64,000 nt of DNA. It comes from an uncultured Verrucomicrobiae bacterium. GTDB taxonomy: Bacteria; Verrucomicrobiota; Verrucomicrobiia; Chthoniobacterales; UBA10450. The DNA is taken from the NCBI GenBank assembly GCA_963726745.1, contig CAVSDR010000004.1:192001-256000 (forward strand), in the 5' to 3' direction. Below the pieces are notes generated by a model. That model searched no databases. It was not told the origin of the DNA and worked only from the letters and a program-made list of their open reading frames with translations. The position numbers and the translations under genes are program-made. Positions 1-10,564 of this stretch are shown here, one piece after another (position 1 is the first letter of the stretch; each line of letters opens with the position of its first letter).

Positions 1-26
1 CGGGCAAACCAGAGTGACGGCAGGCT

Positions 27-365
27 TCATGATGCGCTGGGTTTGCTCTCGGTCTTTTTGGGCGCCGGAGTGCTCGCTTCTTTCGCCGGCGCAGCTTTCT
101 CGCTCCCCGTGCCGGCGGCGGTGGCCGGCGCATCCTTCTTCGCGCCTTCCTTGTAGTTATTGCTCCGGTAGTCGGTGATGTAGAAGCCGGAGCCCTTAAA
201 GATGAGCCCGGCGCCGGTCCCGAGGAGGCGCTTCACTTTCCCGTGGCCCCACTTCGCCTGCTGGCATTTCTCTTTCGGGCATTCAGTCAGCGCGTTGTCG
301 CGCATTGACTGGAAAAGGTCGAAATTCTTCCCGCACTTTTCGCAATGATATTCGTAGGTCGGCAT
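27..365 (-). CDS. FmdB-family zinc-ribbon regulatory protein
   Basis: MPTYEYHCEKCG...CP..C...GSGFYITDY signature; start moved to the ATG at 365. Confidence 0.85.
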   Translation of the reverse strand: MPTYEYHCEKCGKNFDLFQSMRDNALTECPKEKCQQAKWGHGKVKRLLGTGAGLIFKGSGFYITDYRSNNYKEGAKKDAPATAAGTGSEKAAPAKEASTPAPKKTESKPSAS

Positions 366-523
366 AAGGCAGTGGCCGAGCGAGCCACGGCGCAGTGTGC
401 GTGAACTCAAGCAGATTTCAAGCGAGGCGCCGTGGAACCCTCGTAGCCGGATGAAGCTGCCGGCAAAACCGGCCCGCTACCTTGACTTGGCGCAGGGCGA
501 GAGTTATGGAGCCGCTCCCAAAA

Positions 524-1138
524 ATGTTTACTTCACGGTTCCTACTTCGCCTTTCAAAAACGCTGGCCGCCGCGGCTTTCGCCATCGCCCTGGTCTCTTG
601 CGATGAGGACCCGTCGATGGGCACCCAATATCTCGGCGGCGTTTACGGCCCGGGTGGGGTCGCCTCCTCCGCACCGCAGGACACGGTCTCTTATTGGGAC
701 GGCGACGGCGTGCCCGGAAAGCCCTCGATCAAGATCAAGCTGAGCGAGCAGCGCGCTTATTTCTACAAAGGCGACCGCCTCGTTGGCATCTCGCAACTCT
801 CCACTGGCCGCGAAGGTCTCGACACCCCCACCGGCACCTTCAGGATTTCGCAGAAAGACAAGGACCACGTCTCGAGCAAGTACGGCGATTACGTCGATGA
901 AGCCGGGAATGTCGTCGTCCCGAACGTCGATTCCACGAAGGACCCAAAGCCTCCCGGCACCCGCTTCAAGGGCGCGCCGATGCCGTTCTTCATGCGCATC
1001 GTCGGCGGCGTGGGCATGCATGCCGGCTATCTCCCGGGTTATCCCGCGTCGCACGGTTGCATCCGCATGCCGGAGTTCATGGCGGAGAATTTCTTCAAGG
1101 ACGTCGACAGCGGCACGCCGGTCACGGTCACGCAGTAA
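524..1138 (+). CDS. L,D-transpeptidase (YkuD family) lipoprotein
   Basis: Lipobox LVSC; catalytic motif GMHAG...ASHGCIRM; start uncertain (506 or 524). Confidence 0.85.
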   Translation: MFTSRFLLRLSKTLAAAAFAIALVSCDEDPSMGTQYLGGVYGPGGVASSAPQDTVSYWDGDGVPGKPSIKIKLSEQRAYFYKGDRLVGISQLSTGREGLDTPTGTFRISQKDKDHVSSKYGDYVDEAGNVVVPNVDSTKDPKPPGTRFKGAPMPFFMRIVGGVGMHAGYLPGYPASHGCIRMPEFMAENFFKDVDSGTPVTVTQ

Positions 1139-1190
1139 CCGCGGCCTTGCCCTTCCCGCGGCCTAACGACAGGATCAGGGCGCACCGCTC

Positions 1191-2207
1191 ATGATCATCA
1201 TCACGCAGCCCGGCGCGACCGAGGAACAGATCGCGGGCATCGTGGCGCACGTCCGGCAATTCGGCCTGGAAGCGCATGTCAGCCGGGGCGATTCCCGCGT
1301 GATTGTCGGAGTCGTCGGTCCGCAGGAATTACTCGCCGAGAAACCGCTGGCTGCGCTCCCCGGGGTGGAAGCGCTCGTGCCCGCGGCGCAGCCGTATAAA
1401 CGCGCCGCCTTCGAGGCCAGCGGCCGCGCGACCAAGGTCGACATCTGCGGCGTGAGCATCGGCGCCGATGCCGCCGTCGCCTTGATTTGCGGGCCCTGCT
1501 CGGTGGAAAGCCGCGAGCAAATCGTCTCCCTCGCGCACATGGTCAAGGACGCCGGCGCGCGCCTTCTCCGCGGCGGCGCGTTCAAGCCGCGCACTTCGCC
1601 TTACAGCTTCCAGGGATTGCAGGAAGATGGCCTGCGCTTGCTCGCCGAAGCACGGAACGAAACCGGCCTCCCGGTCATCACCGAAATCATGGACGCGCGC
1701 GACCTCGCGGTGGTCGAGCGTTACGCCGATTGCCTGCAAATTGGCGCGCGCAACATGCAGAATTATTCCCTGCTCAAAGAAGTCGGCCGCAGCCATCTGC
1801 CGGTGCTCTTGAAGCGCGGCTTTAGCGCGACCTTGCAGGAGTTCATCCTGAGCGCGGAATACATTCTCAACGCCGGCCAGGAGAACGTCCTCCTTTGCGA
1901 ACGCGGCATCCGCACGTTCGAAAACGCCACCCGTTACACGCTCGATCTTTCCGCGGTCCCGATCTTGAAGGCGAAAACGCATCTGCCCGTGGTGGTCGAT
2001 CCCGCGCATGCCGTCGGCTTGTCCGCTTTTGTCCCGCAGATGGCGCTGGCCGCGGTCGCCGCCGGGGCGGATGCGATCATGCTCGAGGTGCACGCCTCGC
2101 CGGAATCGGCCCGGAGCGATGGCGAGCAGGCGCTCCTCCCCGAGACGCTGCGCAAGCTTTTCCCGCGGCTGCGCGCGGTGGCCAACGCCATCGGGCGCGA
2201 TCTCTAG
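1191..2207 (+). CDS. aroF: 3-deoxy-7-phosphoheptulonate (DAHP) synthase, type I-beta
   Basis: GPCSVE, RGGAFKPRTSPYSFQG, QIGARNMQN, LCERGIRTFE motifs. Confidence 0.93.
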   Translation: MIIITQPGATEEQIAGIVAHVRQFGLEAHVSRGDSRVIVGVVGPQELLAEKPLAALPGVEALVPAAQPYKRAAFEASGRATKVDICGVSIGADAAVALICGPCSVESREQIVSLAHMVKDAGARLLRGGAFKPRTSPYSFQGLQEDGLRLLAEARNETGLPVITEIMDARDLAVVERYADCLQIGARNMQNYSLLKEVGRSHLPVLLKRGFSATLQEFILSAEYILNAGQENVLLCERGIRTFENATRYTLDLSAVPILKAKTHLPVVVDPAHAVGLSAFVPQMALAAVAAGADAIMLEVHASPESARSDGEQALLPETLRKLFPRLRAVANAIGRDL

Positions 2208-2209
2208 TC

Positions 2210-5200
2210 TTGAGCGCGGAGCTGCTGGCCCGGGTCGTTGCGACGCCGCCGATCGCGGAGCGGCTGGAGGCGATTCGCGCCGGCAAAAAACAGACAGCAT
2301 TCTCCCACGTCGCGGAGCAGGCGCAGGGCTTCCTGGTGGCGGCGATCGCGGGCGAGATCGGGAAAACGCTCTGGGTCCTCTGCCCCACGGTGCGCTCGCA
2401 GGAATTGCTCTACGAAAGCCTGCTCAACTGGAAACCGGGCGCGCTTTTCCTGCCGGAGGCGGAGTTCGCCGCGGTCGAAAACATCCTGCCCGATCCCGAG
2501 ATCGCGGCCGAGCGGCTGGCGCTTTTGAAGCAGGTCGCGGCCGGCGGCGGACCGCATGTGATCGTGACCACGCGCGCTGCGCTCGAGCAACCCGCCCCGA
2601 AAAAAGCCGCGCTCGGCTCGGCCGGCTTGAAGCTGAAACGCGGCCGCGGACTGGCGATGGAAAGCCTGATCGCGCAGTTGAGCGAGGCGGGTTATGAGCG
2701 CGTGCCGCAGGTGACCACGCGCGGTCAATTCGCCGTCCGCGGCGGCATTCTCGATCTCTACTCGTGGCAGGCGCAGCTCCCGGCGCGCGCGGAATTTTTT
2801 GGCGACGAGATCGAATCGCTGCGCGAGTTCGACGTCGATACGCAGACCTCCGTGCGCAACCTGCAAACGCTCGACCTCTTGTTAGGCGCAGCCGACGACC
2901 AGAGCGGCCAGGTGCGAGACTACGTAGGAAAGGATCACCTCTGCCTGGCGGTCGAGCCGGAGGAAGGCGACGCAGCGCACATCCTCGTGGGCGAAGGCTG
3001 GCTCGGGAAAGCGAAGAAGGAAGACTTCCGCGGAGCCTTCCTCGATGCCGAGGTGGGCGAGTTTGCTGTGGGCGATTTCATGGTCGCGGAGGCGAAGCGC
3101 GGGCAGTTTGCCGCCCGGCTCGCGCAGTGGAAAAACGAAGGCGCCCAGGTTGCTGTCTATTTCCAAACCGAAGGCGAAATCGAGCGCTTCCGCGAGATCA
3201 TGGACCGCGGCCTGGAGGGCGTGGACTTGCTCGAGGGCACGCTCCCGCGCGGCTTCACCTTTCCCGATGGGCAGCTCGTGGTCCTCTCGGGCGCGGAGCT
3301 TTTCGGGCGCGCGACCGCGCATGGCCGGCGGCGTTTGCAGCGCGCGGAACGCTTCGGCCGCAACCGCGCGCAAATCGACTTCAGCGAGCTGAACGAGGAC
3401 GATCTCGTGGTTCACCTGGAGCACGGCGTCGGCCGTTTCGTCGAGCTCACGAAGATGCCCGCGCCCGGAGGCGGGTCGCAGGAAGTGCTCACGCTCGAGT
3501 TTGCCGACGATGCGCGGCTCTACGTCCCGCTGGAGCAGGCTTACCTGGTTTCGCGCTACGTTGGCGTCGGCAAAAAATCGCCGCCGCTCTCCTCGCTGGC
3601 CGACGCCAAGTGGGCGCGCGCGAAGAAGAACGCGGTCGCGTCGATCTTCGACTACGCCGGCAAAATGCTCGCGGTGCAGGCAGAGCGCGAGACGCAGATC
3701 GGGCACACTTTTGGCCCGGACACGAAGTGGCAGAGCGAGTTCGAGCACTCGTTCCCGTATCGCGAAACAGCCGACCAATTGAAGGCCATCCAGGACACGA
3801 AGCGCGACATGGAGCAGCCGCGCTCGATGGATCGCTTGATCTGCGGCGACGTCGGCTTTGGCAAAACCGAGGTCGCGATCCGCGCTGCGTTCAAGGCGGT
3901 GATGGACGGCAAGCAAGTGGTCGTGCTCACGCCCACGACCGTGCTCGCGCAGCAGCATTTCGAGAACTTTCGCGCGCGCATGCTCGACTACCCGGTGCAG
4001 GTGGAAATGCTCAGCCGCTTCCGCACGCACGCGGAGCAAAAGAAAGCGCTCCAGGGCCTGGCCGACGGCAGCGTGGACATCGTCGTCGGGACGCACCGGC
4101 TCATTTCCGGCGATGTCGTGTTCAAGGACCTCGGCCTGGTGATCATCGACGAGGAGCAGCGCTTCGGCGTGCTCCACAAGGAGAAGTTCAAGGAGCTGTT
4201 TAAATTAGTCGACGTCCTTACGCTCTCGGCCACGCCGATTCCACGCACGCTCTACCTCTCGTTAGTCGGGGTGAAAGACATGTCCACGATCGAGACCCCG
4301 CCGCAGAATCGCCTGCCGGTGGAGACGGTCATCTGCGGCTACGACGAGCGCATCATCCGCGACGCGATCAACCGCGAGCTCGAGCGCCAGGGCCAGGTTT
4401 ATTTCCTGCACAATCGCGTGCAATCGATCCAGAAAGTGCGCGACCGCATCGCGGAGCTTTGTCCGGCGGCCCGGGTCGATATCGGCCATGGCCAGATGGA
4501 GGCCGACGAGCTCGAGGAAGTGATGGCGCGCTTCATCGCCGGGAAGACCGACGTGCTCGTTTGCACCACGATCATCGAAAGCGGGCTCGATATTCCAAAC
4601 GCGAACACGATCGTGATCGACCGCGCGGATCGTTTCGGCCTGGCCGATCTCTACCAGCTCCGCGGCCGCGTAGGCCGGGCGGAACACAAGGCCTACGCCT
4701 ACCTCATGCTTCCACGCGAGATGATGACCGTGGGCGCCGCGCGCAAGCGGATCAACGCGATCAAGCAATACAGCTCGTTAGGCGCCGGCTTCCGGATCGC
4801 GATGCGCGATCTCGAGATTCGCGGCGCGGGCAGCATTCTCGGCACGCAGCAAAGCGGCCACATCATGGCGGTAGGCTTCGACCTTTACTGCCAGCTCCTG
4901 AAGCAGGCCGTCGCGCAGATCAAGGGCGAGCGGCACAAGGCGCGCCTGGAGGTGGAGGTGCGGCTCGACTTCGTGGCCACGAACGAGGCCGAGTTTGTCG
5001 AGCAAGGACCGGCGGCGCGGCTGCCGGCGTTCCTCCCGACGAGCTTCGTGGGCGACACCACTTTGCGCATCCAGGCCTACCGGCACCTCGCGGAAATCAG
5101 CAGCCGCGAGCAGTGGGACAAGCTGCGCAAGGAGTGGCGCGACCGCTTCGGCAAGTTCCCCGCGGCCGTTGACAATTTGCTGGCTTTAACCGAGATAAAA

Positions 5201-5368
5201 CTCGCCGCAGCCAAAGCCGGGATCACCCGCGTGGAGGTCCGCGAAGGAAAGCTGATGCTGACTCGTCGCGGGGATTACATCCTTGTGGGCGGCAAATTCC
5301 CTCGCTTGAGCGCTGGCGACTTGAACCGCAATCTTGCCGAAGTAGTCGCACTAACAAAGAACGTCTAA
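2210..5368 (+). CDS. mfd: Transcription-repair coupling factor
   Basis: UvrB-like region, [37 protein letters not shown]; real start probably TTG 2210 just after the aroF stop. Confidence 0.95.
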   Translation: MSAELLARVVATPPIAERLEAIRAGKKQTAFSHVAEQAQGFLVAAIAGEIGKTLWVLCPTVRSQELLYESLLNWKPGALFLPEAEFAAVENILPDPEIAAERLALLKQVAAGGGPHVIVTTRAALEQPAPKKAALGSAGLKLKRGRGLAMESLIAQLSEAGYERVPQVTTRGQFAVRGGILDLYSWQAQLPARAEFFGDEIESLREFDVDTQTSVRNLQTLDLLLGAADDQSGQVRDYVGKDHLCLAVEPEEGDAAHILVGEGWLGKAKKEDFRGAFLDAEVGEFAVGDFMVAEAKRGQFAARLAQWKNEGAQVAVYFQTEGEIERFREIMDRGLEGVDLLEGTLPRGFTFPDGQLVVLSGAELFGRATAHGRRRLQRAERFGRNRAQIDFSELNEDDLVVHLEHGVGRFVELTKMPAPGGGSQEVLTLEFADDARLYVPLEQAYLVSRYVGVGKKSPPLSSLADAKWARAKKNAVASIFDYAGKMLAVQAERETQIGHTFGPDTKWQSEFEHSFPYRETADQLKAIQDTKRDMEQPRSMDRLICGDVGFGKTEVAIRAAFKAVMDGKQVVVLTPTTVLAQQHFENFRARMLDYPVQVEMLSRFRTHAEQKKALQGLADGSVDIVVGTHRLISGDVVFKDLGLVIIDEEQRFGVLHKEKFKELFKLVDVLTLSATPIPRTLYLSLVGVKDMSTIETPPQNRLPVETVICGYDERIIRDAINRELERQGQVYFLHNRVQSIQKVRDRIAELCPAARVDIGHGQMEADELEEVMARFIAGKTDVLVCTTIIESGLDIPNANTIVIDRADRFGLADLYQLRGRVGRAEHKAYAYLMLPREMMTVGAARKRINAIKQYSSLGAGFRIAMRDLEIRGAGSILGTQQSGHIMAVGFDLYCQLLKQAVAQIKGERHKARLEVEVRLDFVATNEAEFVEQGPAARLPAFLPTSFVGDTTLRIQAYRHLAEISSREQWDKLRKEWRDRFGKFPAAVDNLLALTEIKLAAAKAGITRVEVREGKLMLTRRGDYILVGGKFPRLSAGDLNRNLAEVVALTKNV

Positions 5369-6399
5369 TGATTCGTCCCCTGCTCGTCCTCGCCCTCCTG
5401 CTGGCCCTCGGCCTGCCTTTGTCGGCGCAAAAAACCACCCGCTCGAAAGCCTCGAAACCGTTGCTCGAGGCCACTGTGGGCGATCGTCCGGCGCGCGGAG
5501 AACCGGAGGTAATCGACGGGATTGCCGCGGTCGTGAACGGCGAGGTCATCACCTTCTCGCAGGTGCGCCAGGTGGTGGGACCGCGCGAGCGTTTGCTCCG
5601 CCAGCAATTCACCGGCGAGGAATTAGCCAGCAAGCTCAAGGAAGTGCGCGCGCTCGCCTTGAAGGATTTGATCGATCGCCAGTTGATCGTCCAGCAGTTC
5701 AAGAAAGAAGAGCTGCAGCTTCCCGAGTATTTCGTCGACCAGCGGATGAGCGAGATCATCCGGGAGAACTTCGGCGGCGACCGCAACGCCTTCATCAAGA
5801 CCTTGCAGGCGCAGAATTATTCCATTGGCCAGTTCCGCAAGGAAGAGTTCGACAAGATCGTGGTCGCGGCCATGCGCGGGAAAAACGTCAAGCCAAACGC
5901 GGCCGCTTCGCCCACGAAAGTGGAAGAATATTACCGCAAGCACCGCGACGAATTCACCAGCAAGGAAGAGGTCAAGCTGCGCCTGATCATGATCCCGAGC
6001 CACTCGTCCGACGGCAACGCCGCCTCACAAAAAGCGATGGCCGAGGAGATCCTCGGGAAGCTCGCCGGCGGCGCCGATTTCGAGCGCATGGCGCAGATGT
6101 ACAGCGAAGACAGCACCCGCGATAGCGGCGGCGATTGGGGCTGGGTCGCCCGCAAGACGCTCGCACCGGAACTCGAGAAAGTCGTCTTCAGCCTGCCGAC
6201 GAAAAAGATCAGCAACATCGTCTCGCTTGGCGGGAATTATTACATCCTGCGCGTGGACGAGAAACGCGGCGGCGTGACCAAGTCGCTCGCGGAAGTGCGC
6301 GACGAAGTCGAGAAAAAGCTCATCCAGGAAGAAGGCCAGCGGCTCCAGGAAAACTGGCTCGCCGGTCTCCGCCAGAAGGCCACCATCCGGACGTTCTAG
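5368..6399 (+). CDS. SurA-like parvulin peptidyl-prolyl isomerase/chaperone
   Basis: Signal peptide, IDGIAAVVNGEVIT, FERMAQMYSED..GGDWGWV; sits between mfd and pdxA. Confidence 0.85.
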   Translation: MIRPLLVLALLLALGLPLSAQKTTRSKASKPLLEATVGDRPARGEPEVIDGIAAVVNGEVITFSQVRQVVGPRERLLRQQFTGEELASKLKEVRALALKDLIDRQLIVQQFKKEELQLPEYFVDQRMSEIIRENFGGDRNAFIKTLQAQNYSIGQFRKEEFDKIVVAAMRGKNVKPNAAASPTKVEEYYRKHRDEFTSKEEVKLRLIMIPSHSSDGNAASQKAMAEEILGKLAGGADFERMAQMYSEDSTRDSGGDWGWVARKTLAPELEKVVFSLPTKKISNIVSLGGNYYILRVDEKRGGVTKSLAEVRDEVEKKLIQEEGQRLQENWLAGLRQKATIRTF

Positions 6400-6417
6400 T
6401 CCGCCGTTGCTTACCCG

Positions 6418-7278
6418 GTGTCCCTCCGCATCGGCATTACCGTGGGCGACCCGGCCGGGGTCGGGCCGGAAATTGTTCGCGCCGCGCTCGCCGCAAGAGA
6501 ATTGCCGGCAGGATGTGAATTCCGCGTCCTTGGAAACTTAGCCGGCCACACGCCCGGCCAGCCTTCGCCGGATGGTGCGCGCGCCGCTTTCGCCGCGCTC
6601 GAGGAGTCCATCTCGCTGGCTAAAAATGGCGAGCTCGACGCCGTCGTCACCGGGCCGATCCACAAGGCGAACATGTATGAGGTCGGCTTCGCTTTCCCGG
6701 GGCAAACCGAGTTCTTCGCCCGGCGTTTGCATGTGGAAAATTTCGCCATGTGCCTGACGGGCGGCGCGCTCACCGTGGCCCTGGTCACGGCGCACATTCC
6801 ACTGCGCCGCGTGGCCGATCTCCTGAGCGTGGAGGAAATCGTGCGCGTGGGCCAGTTGCTGGAAGCATTCGTTAGGCAACGCGGGGTGCGCGTACCGCGA
6901 ATCGCGGTCGCGGGTTTGAATCCACACGCCGGCGAATCCGGCGCGCTCGGCCGCGAAGAGATGGAAACGATCCAGCCGGCCGTGCGGCAACTGCAGGCCG
7001 CGCACGCCGGTTTCGCAGGGCCCTTTCCGCCGGACACGATTTTCCACCACGCCGCCGCCGGGGAATGGGACGCGGTCCTCTGCATGTATCACGACCAGGG
7101 CTTGATTCCGCTGAAGCTGCACGCCTTCCACGAAGGGGTAAACGTCACCCTTGGTCTCCCCTTCCCGCGCACCAGTCCGGACCACGGGACCGCGTTTGCG
7201 ATCGCTGGGAAAGGCGTGGCTCGTCCCGACAGCATGCTTGCCGCGATCCGCCTGGCCGCCGAATTGGCCACGAAGTAA
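6418..7278 (+). CDS. pdxA: 4-hydroxythreonine-4-phosphate dehydrogenase
   Basis: GDPAGVGPE, GLNPHAGE, MYHDQGLIP, RTSPDHGTAF. Confidence 0.93.
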   Translation: MSLRIGITVGDPAGVGPEIVRAALAARELPAGCEFRVLGNLAGHTPGQPSPDGARAAFAALEESISLAKNGELDAVVTGPIHKANMYEVGFAFPGQTEFFARRLHVENFAMCLTGGALTVALVTAHIPLRRVADLLSVEEIVRVGQLLEAFVRQRGVRVPRIAVAGLNPHAGESGALGREEMETIQPAVRQLQAAHAGFAGPFPPDTIFHHAAAGEWDAVLCMYHDQGLIPLKLHAFHEGVNVTLGLPFPRTSPDHGTAFAIAGKGVARPDSMLAAIRLAAELATK

Positions 7279-8091
7279 ATGGTGATGTCGCTGGCTAAAT
7301 ATGTCGCCGTCTTCAAGCTCGGCCTGCAGAACACTTTTGTTTACCGCTGGAATTATCTCCTGCGCGCGGTCTTCGGCCTGATCCCGCTCGCGGGCACGAT
7401 TTTCCTCTGGCGCGCGGTCTTCCAGGAAAGCGGCGGCGGGATGCGAGGCTACGACTACGCCTCGATGATCTATTACTACTTGCTGACTATTTTGGTCTCG
7501 AACCTGGTCACGCCGACGGAGGATGAATGGCAGATTGCCTCGGACATTCGCGAGGGCCAGATCAATTCTTTCCTGACCAAGCCGCTGAGCTATCTGGCCT
7601 ACCGCTTCAGCATTTTCCTGAGCGGCCGGCTGGTCTACACGCTGGTTACGCTGGCGCCGATCGCCGCGATCTTCGTTTACTTCCGCAGCTTTGTAACCGT
7701 GCCGGCCGATCCGCTGGTCTGGCTGGCGGCGCTCGTCTCGCTGGCGATGGCGGCGATGATCCAGTTTTTCATCACCTACAGCATCGCGATGATGGCTTTC
7801 TGGATCCTCGAGATTTCGACCATAGTTTTCATCGTTTACTCCTTCGAGTACTTCCTCGGCGGCCAGATGTTCCCGGTCGACATCATGCCGGTGGGCGTGC
7901 AGGCGGTGATGAAGTGGCTGCCTTTTTACTACGAGCTCTTCTGCCCGATCGCGATCTTCTTGGAGCGCCTGCAAGGAGCGCGCCTGCTCGAGGCGCTCGC
8001 CATTCAGACCGGCTGGCTCCTCGCCAGCTGGGCCACGGCGCGCGCAATGTGGCGCCGCGGGCTCGGGCATTACCAAGCCGTCGGCGGCTAA
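7279..8091 (+). CDS. ABC-2 type transporter permease (ABC2_membrane_6-like)
   Basis: Multi-TM protein, IASDIREGQINSFLTKP motif. Confidence 0.8.
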   Translation: MVMSLAKYVAVFKLGLQNTFVYRWNYLLRAVFGLIPLAGTIFLWRAVFQESGGGMRGYDYASMIYYYLLTILVSNLVTPTEDEWQIASDIREGQINSFLTKPLSYLAYRFSIFLSGRLVYTLVTLAPIAAIFVYFRSFVTVPADPLVWLAALVSLAMAAMIQFFITYSIAMMAFWILEISTIVFIVYSFEYFLGGQMFPVDIMPVGVQAVMKWLPFYYELFCPIAIFLERLQGARLLEALAIQTGWLLASWATARAMWRRGLGHYQAVGG

Positions 8092-8105
8092 CGAGAGCCT
8101 AACGA

Positions 8106-8900
8106 ATGCGGCGCTACCTCGAGATTTACGGCATCATGCTGCGGAACTCGCTCATTCGCGAGATGAGCTTCAAGGCGAACTTCATCCTTTGGATGCTGGT
8201 GGAGGTGCTCTGGTTCTGCGGGCAGATCGTTTTCTTCGGAATCATCTTCGGGCAGGTCGACCAGATCGGCGATTGGACCAAATGGGAGGTCGTGCTCCTC
8301 GTGGGCACGCACCAGATCATCGCGCAGCTCTTCCAGGCGTTCTTTTTCATGAACGTCTCCAATATCCCCGAGCTGGTGCGCACCGGGAAGCTCGACTCGC
8401 TCCTGGTCCTGCCGATGGACAGCCAGTTCGCCGTCTCTACGAAGCAGTTCGGTTTAGACAGCGTGATCAACGCGCTCCTTGGCGGCGTGGTTGTGATCGT
8501 CTCGCTGGCTAAACTGCACCTCGTCCCGGGCCTCGGCTACGTGCTGCTTTACCTCTGTGCGCTCGCCTTTGGGATCGCGATCCACTACTCAGTCATGCTC
8601 GCGCTGGCCGCCTTCAGCTTCTGGATCGTGCGCGCGCAGGGGCTGGTCTATGGCTACTTCAATTTCCTCCAGATCGCGCGTTATCCGGATGTGATTTTCC
8701 CCCGGCTTTTCCGGTTCGTCTTCGGCTGGATCATCCCGGTGCTGATTGTGGCCAATATTCCCGCGCGCCTCCTGGTGAAGCCGCTCGGGCAGCCCGGTTG
8801 GCTGGTCTTGCATCTCCTGATTGCCTCTGCCGGGGCGCTATTTCTCTCCCGAGTTTTCTGGCGTTTTGCCCTCCGGCGTTATTCGAGCGCGAGCTCTTGA
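8106..8900 (+). CDS. ABC-2 type transporter permease
   Basis: Multi-TM protein, VRTGKLDSLLVLP, ARYPDVIF, ends RRYSSASS. Confidence 0.8.
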   Translation: MRRYLEIYGIMLRNSLIREMSFKANFILWMLVEVLWFCGQIVFFGIIFGQVDQIGDWTKWEVVLLVGTHQIIAQLFQAFFFMNVSNIPELVRTGKLDSLLVLPMDSQFAVSTKQFGLDSVINALLGGVVVIVSLAKLHLVPGLGYVLLYLCALAFGIAIHYSVMLALAAFSFWIVRAQGLVYGYFNFLQIARYPDVIFPRLFRFVFGWIIPVLIVANIPARLLVKPLGQPGWLVLHLLIASAGALFLSRVFWRFALRRYSSASS

Positions 8901-8950
8901 TTTCCCCGGGTAAACCGCGAGGGTCGCAGACCCGTTTTTCCGGGGAAATC
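8899..8950. promoter_or_regulatory. Intergenic stem-loop upstream of dksA
   Basis: GATTTCCCCGG (8899-8909) pairs with CCGGGGAAATC (8940-8950), enclosing an inner GGGTC-gca-GACCC hairpin; function not established. Confidence 0.4.
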
Positions 8951-9029
8951 TCTCCTTGCGCTGGGTAGGCTTTGCTCTTAAGTAAGCGTCCGCTTCCGCC
9001 GGGCTGCCGGCGTTCCCCCTACTGAATTT

Positions 9030-9755
9030 ATGGCAAGTTCCAAGACGAAAAAGGCTGCTCCAAAAGCCAAGAAGACCGCGCCGGCCAAGAAGCCCGCGGC
9101 CAAGCCGGCGGCTGCAACGAAAGCGCCTGCGACCAAGGCTTCCGCCGCCAAGAAGGCGCCGGCTAAAAAAGCCGCCGCGCCGAAAAGCTCCGGCCGCTCT
9201 CCGATCAACGGTCAAAAGGGCCACAAAGAGCTCACGACCACGCAGGCGATTCTCGGCACCAATCACAAGCAGCAAAAGCTCGACCCATTCATTCGCGGCC
9301 AACGCGACAAGCTCCTGCAGCTCCGCGATTCCATGGTCGACTCCATGGCGGGCGTGGCCCAGGACACGCTCCGCTCGCGCGCCGAGGGGAGCGAAGCTTC
9401 CGCCTTCGGGATGCACCAGGCCGATGCCGGCAGCGACGCCTACGATCGCGACTTTGCCCTCAGCCTGCTTTCGCAGGAACAGGACGCGCTTTACGAGATC
9501 GACCAGGCGCTCAAGCGCATTGAGCTCGGCACCTACGGCGTCTGCGAAATGTCCGGGAAAGCAATCTCGCACGCGCGTCTGGAGGCAATCCCCTTTGCCC
9601 GGTTCACCGTCGAGTGCCAGTCGCAACTCGAGAAGCAGAACAAGCAATCGCGCGTCCGTCAGTCCGTCACTTCCCTCTTCGGCTTGACCGATGACGACGG
9701 CGCGGAGACCGAGGAAGAGGACTCCAAGAGCAGCAGCGACGACAGCAAGGAATAG
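9030..9755 (+). CDS. dksA: DksA/TraR-family protein with Lys/Ala-rich N-terminus
   Basis: [21 protein letters not shown]...[15 protein letters not shown]. Confidence 0.82.
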   Translation: MASSKTKKAAPKAKKTAPAKKPAAKPAAATKAPATKASAAKKAPAKKAAAPKSSGRSPINGQKGHKELTTTQAILGTNHKQQKLDPFIRGQRDKLLQLRDSMVDSMAGVAQDTLRSRAEGSEASAFGMHQADAGSDAYDRDFALSLLSQEQDALYEIDQALKRIELGTYGVCEMSGKAISHARLEAIPFARFTVECQSQLEKQNKQSRVRQSVTSLFGLTDDDGAETEEEDSKSSSDDSKE

Positions 9756-9760
9756 TTTTT

Positions 9761-9934
9761 ATGGCCCAGGAAATCATCACCCTCGAGTGCACCGAGGCGA
9801 AAGCCGCCGGGATGCCCGTCTCGCGCTACATGAGCACGCGCAACAAGAAGAGCCCGCGCACGCCCAACCGTCTCGAGAAGAAAAAATACAACCCGTTCAT
9901 GAAGCGGCATACCCTCCACCGGGAGACTCGTTAG
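9761..9934 (+). CDS. rpmG: 50S ribosomal protein L33 (not in ORF track)
   Basis: Hand translation [57 protein letters not shown]. Confidence 0.92.
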   Translation: MAQEIITLECTEAKAAGMPVSRYMSTRNKKSPRTPNRLEKKKYNPFMKRHTLHRETR

Positions 9935-9937
9935 ACC

Positions 9938-10177
9938 ATGCAACCGAAAACCGCCAAACGCCGTTCCGCTTTCCGCCGCGCCAACCGCACGATGCCGCGG
10001 CGCCGCATCGACATCGCCACCGAGGCGATTGATTACAAGAACCCCGACCTCCTGAAGAAGTTCGTTACCGAAAGCGGCAAAATCCTGCCCCGTCGTGTCA
10101 CCGGCATGCCGGCGCACATGCACCGCAAGATCACGCGCGAGATCAAGCGCAGCCGGTCGGTTCTCTTGATGAAGTAA
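9938..10177 (+). CDS. rpsR: 30S ribosomal protein S18
   Basis: [26 protein letters not shown]. Confidence 0.95.
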   Translation: MQPKTAKRRSAFRRANRTMPRRRIDIATEAIDYKNPDLLKKFVTESGKILPRRVTGMPAHMHRKITREIKRSRSVLLMK

Positions 10178-10186
10178 GGCGGGGGC

Positions 10187-10555
10187 TCACGCTTTTCGCG
10201 TGCGCTCGCCTTGCTCGATCAAGTTCCAAAACTCGCGCGTCTGCCCGAGTTTTTCGTCCTCGGCTGCCGGCGTCGGCAGCTTGCTCCGGTAGAGGAAATC
10301 TTTCAGCGTGTTCTTGTGGAGCACGCGGTGCACCGTGATTCCTTCGTCACGTTTCTCGAAGTAGATCCGGTAGTCCTTCGCCCGGTAGCGGTGCAGCCGT
10401 TTGCCGCCGCGCTCGATGATTCCAAAGCGGGTCCCGTCGAGCTTCTCCAGATCGGTCGGCAGCACCTGGAATTCAGCCAGCAACTCGAGCTGGAGCAGCT
10501 TCGGCAAAGCCGACATCTCCGCTGCGCTCAATTCGTTGAAGATGATCTGGAACAT
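10187..10555 (-). CDS. RelE/ParE-superfamily-like protein
   Basis: MFQIIFNELS...LHRYRAKDYRIYFE...VHRVLHK pattern of the RelE fold. Confidence 0.6.
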   Translation of the reverse strand: MFQIIFNELSAAEMSALPKLLQLELLAEFQVLPTDLEKLDGTRFGIIERGGKRLHRYRAKDYRIYFEKRDEGITVHRVLHKNTLKDFLYRSKLPTPAAEDEKLGQTREFWNLIEQGERTRKA

Positions 10556-10564
10556 CGTGCTGGC

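Noticed and set aside
1895..2209. N-terminal extensions of mfd and similar over-extended ORF-track starts (alr, tsaE, degP, adk, map, rpsL)
   Set aside because: They overlap upstream genes or leaders, and homology begins at downstream starts.
2764..8076. Long alternative-frame and antisense ORFs (e.g. 2764-4203, 2882-4177, 6538-8076)
   Set aside because: They overlap well-identified genes and are the Arg/Ala-rich shadows expected at high GC.
7279..8900. ABC permease pair without an ATPase as a novel transporter
   Set aside because: The ATPase is probably encoded elsewhere, and nothing in the sequence supports more than that.
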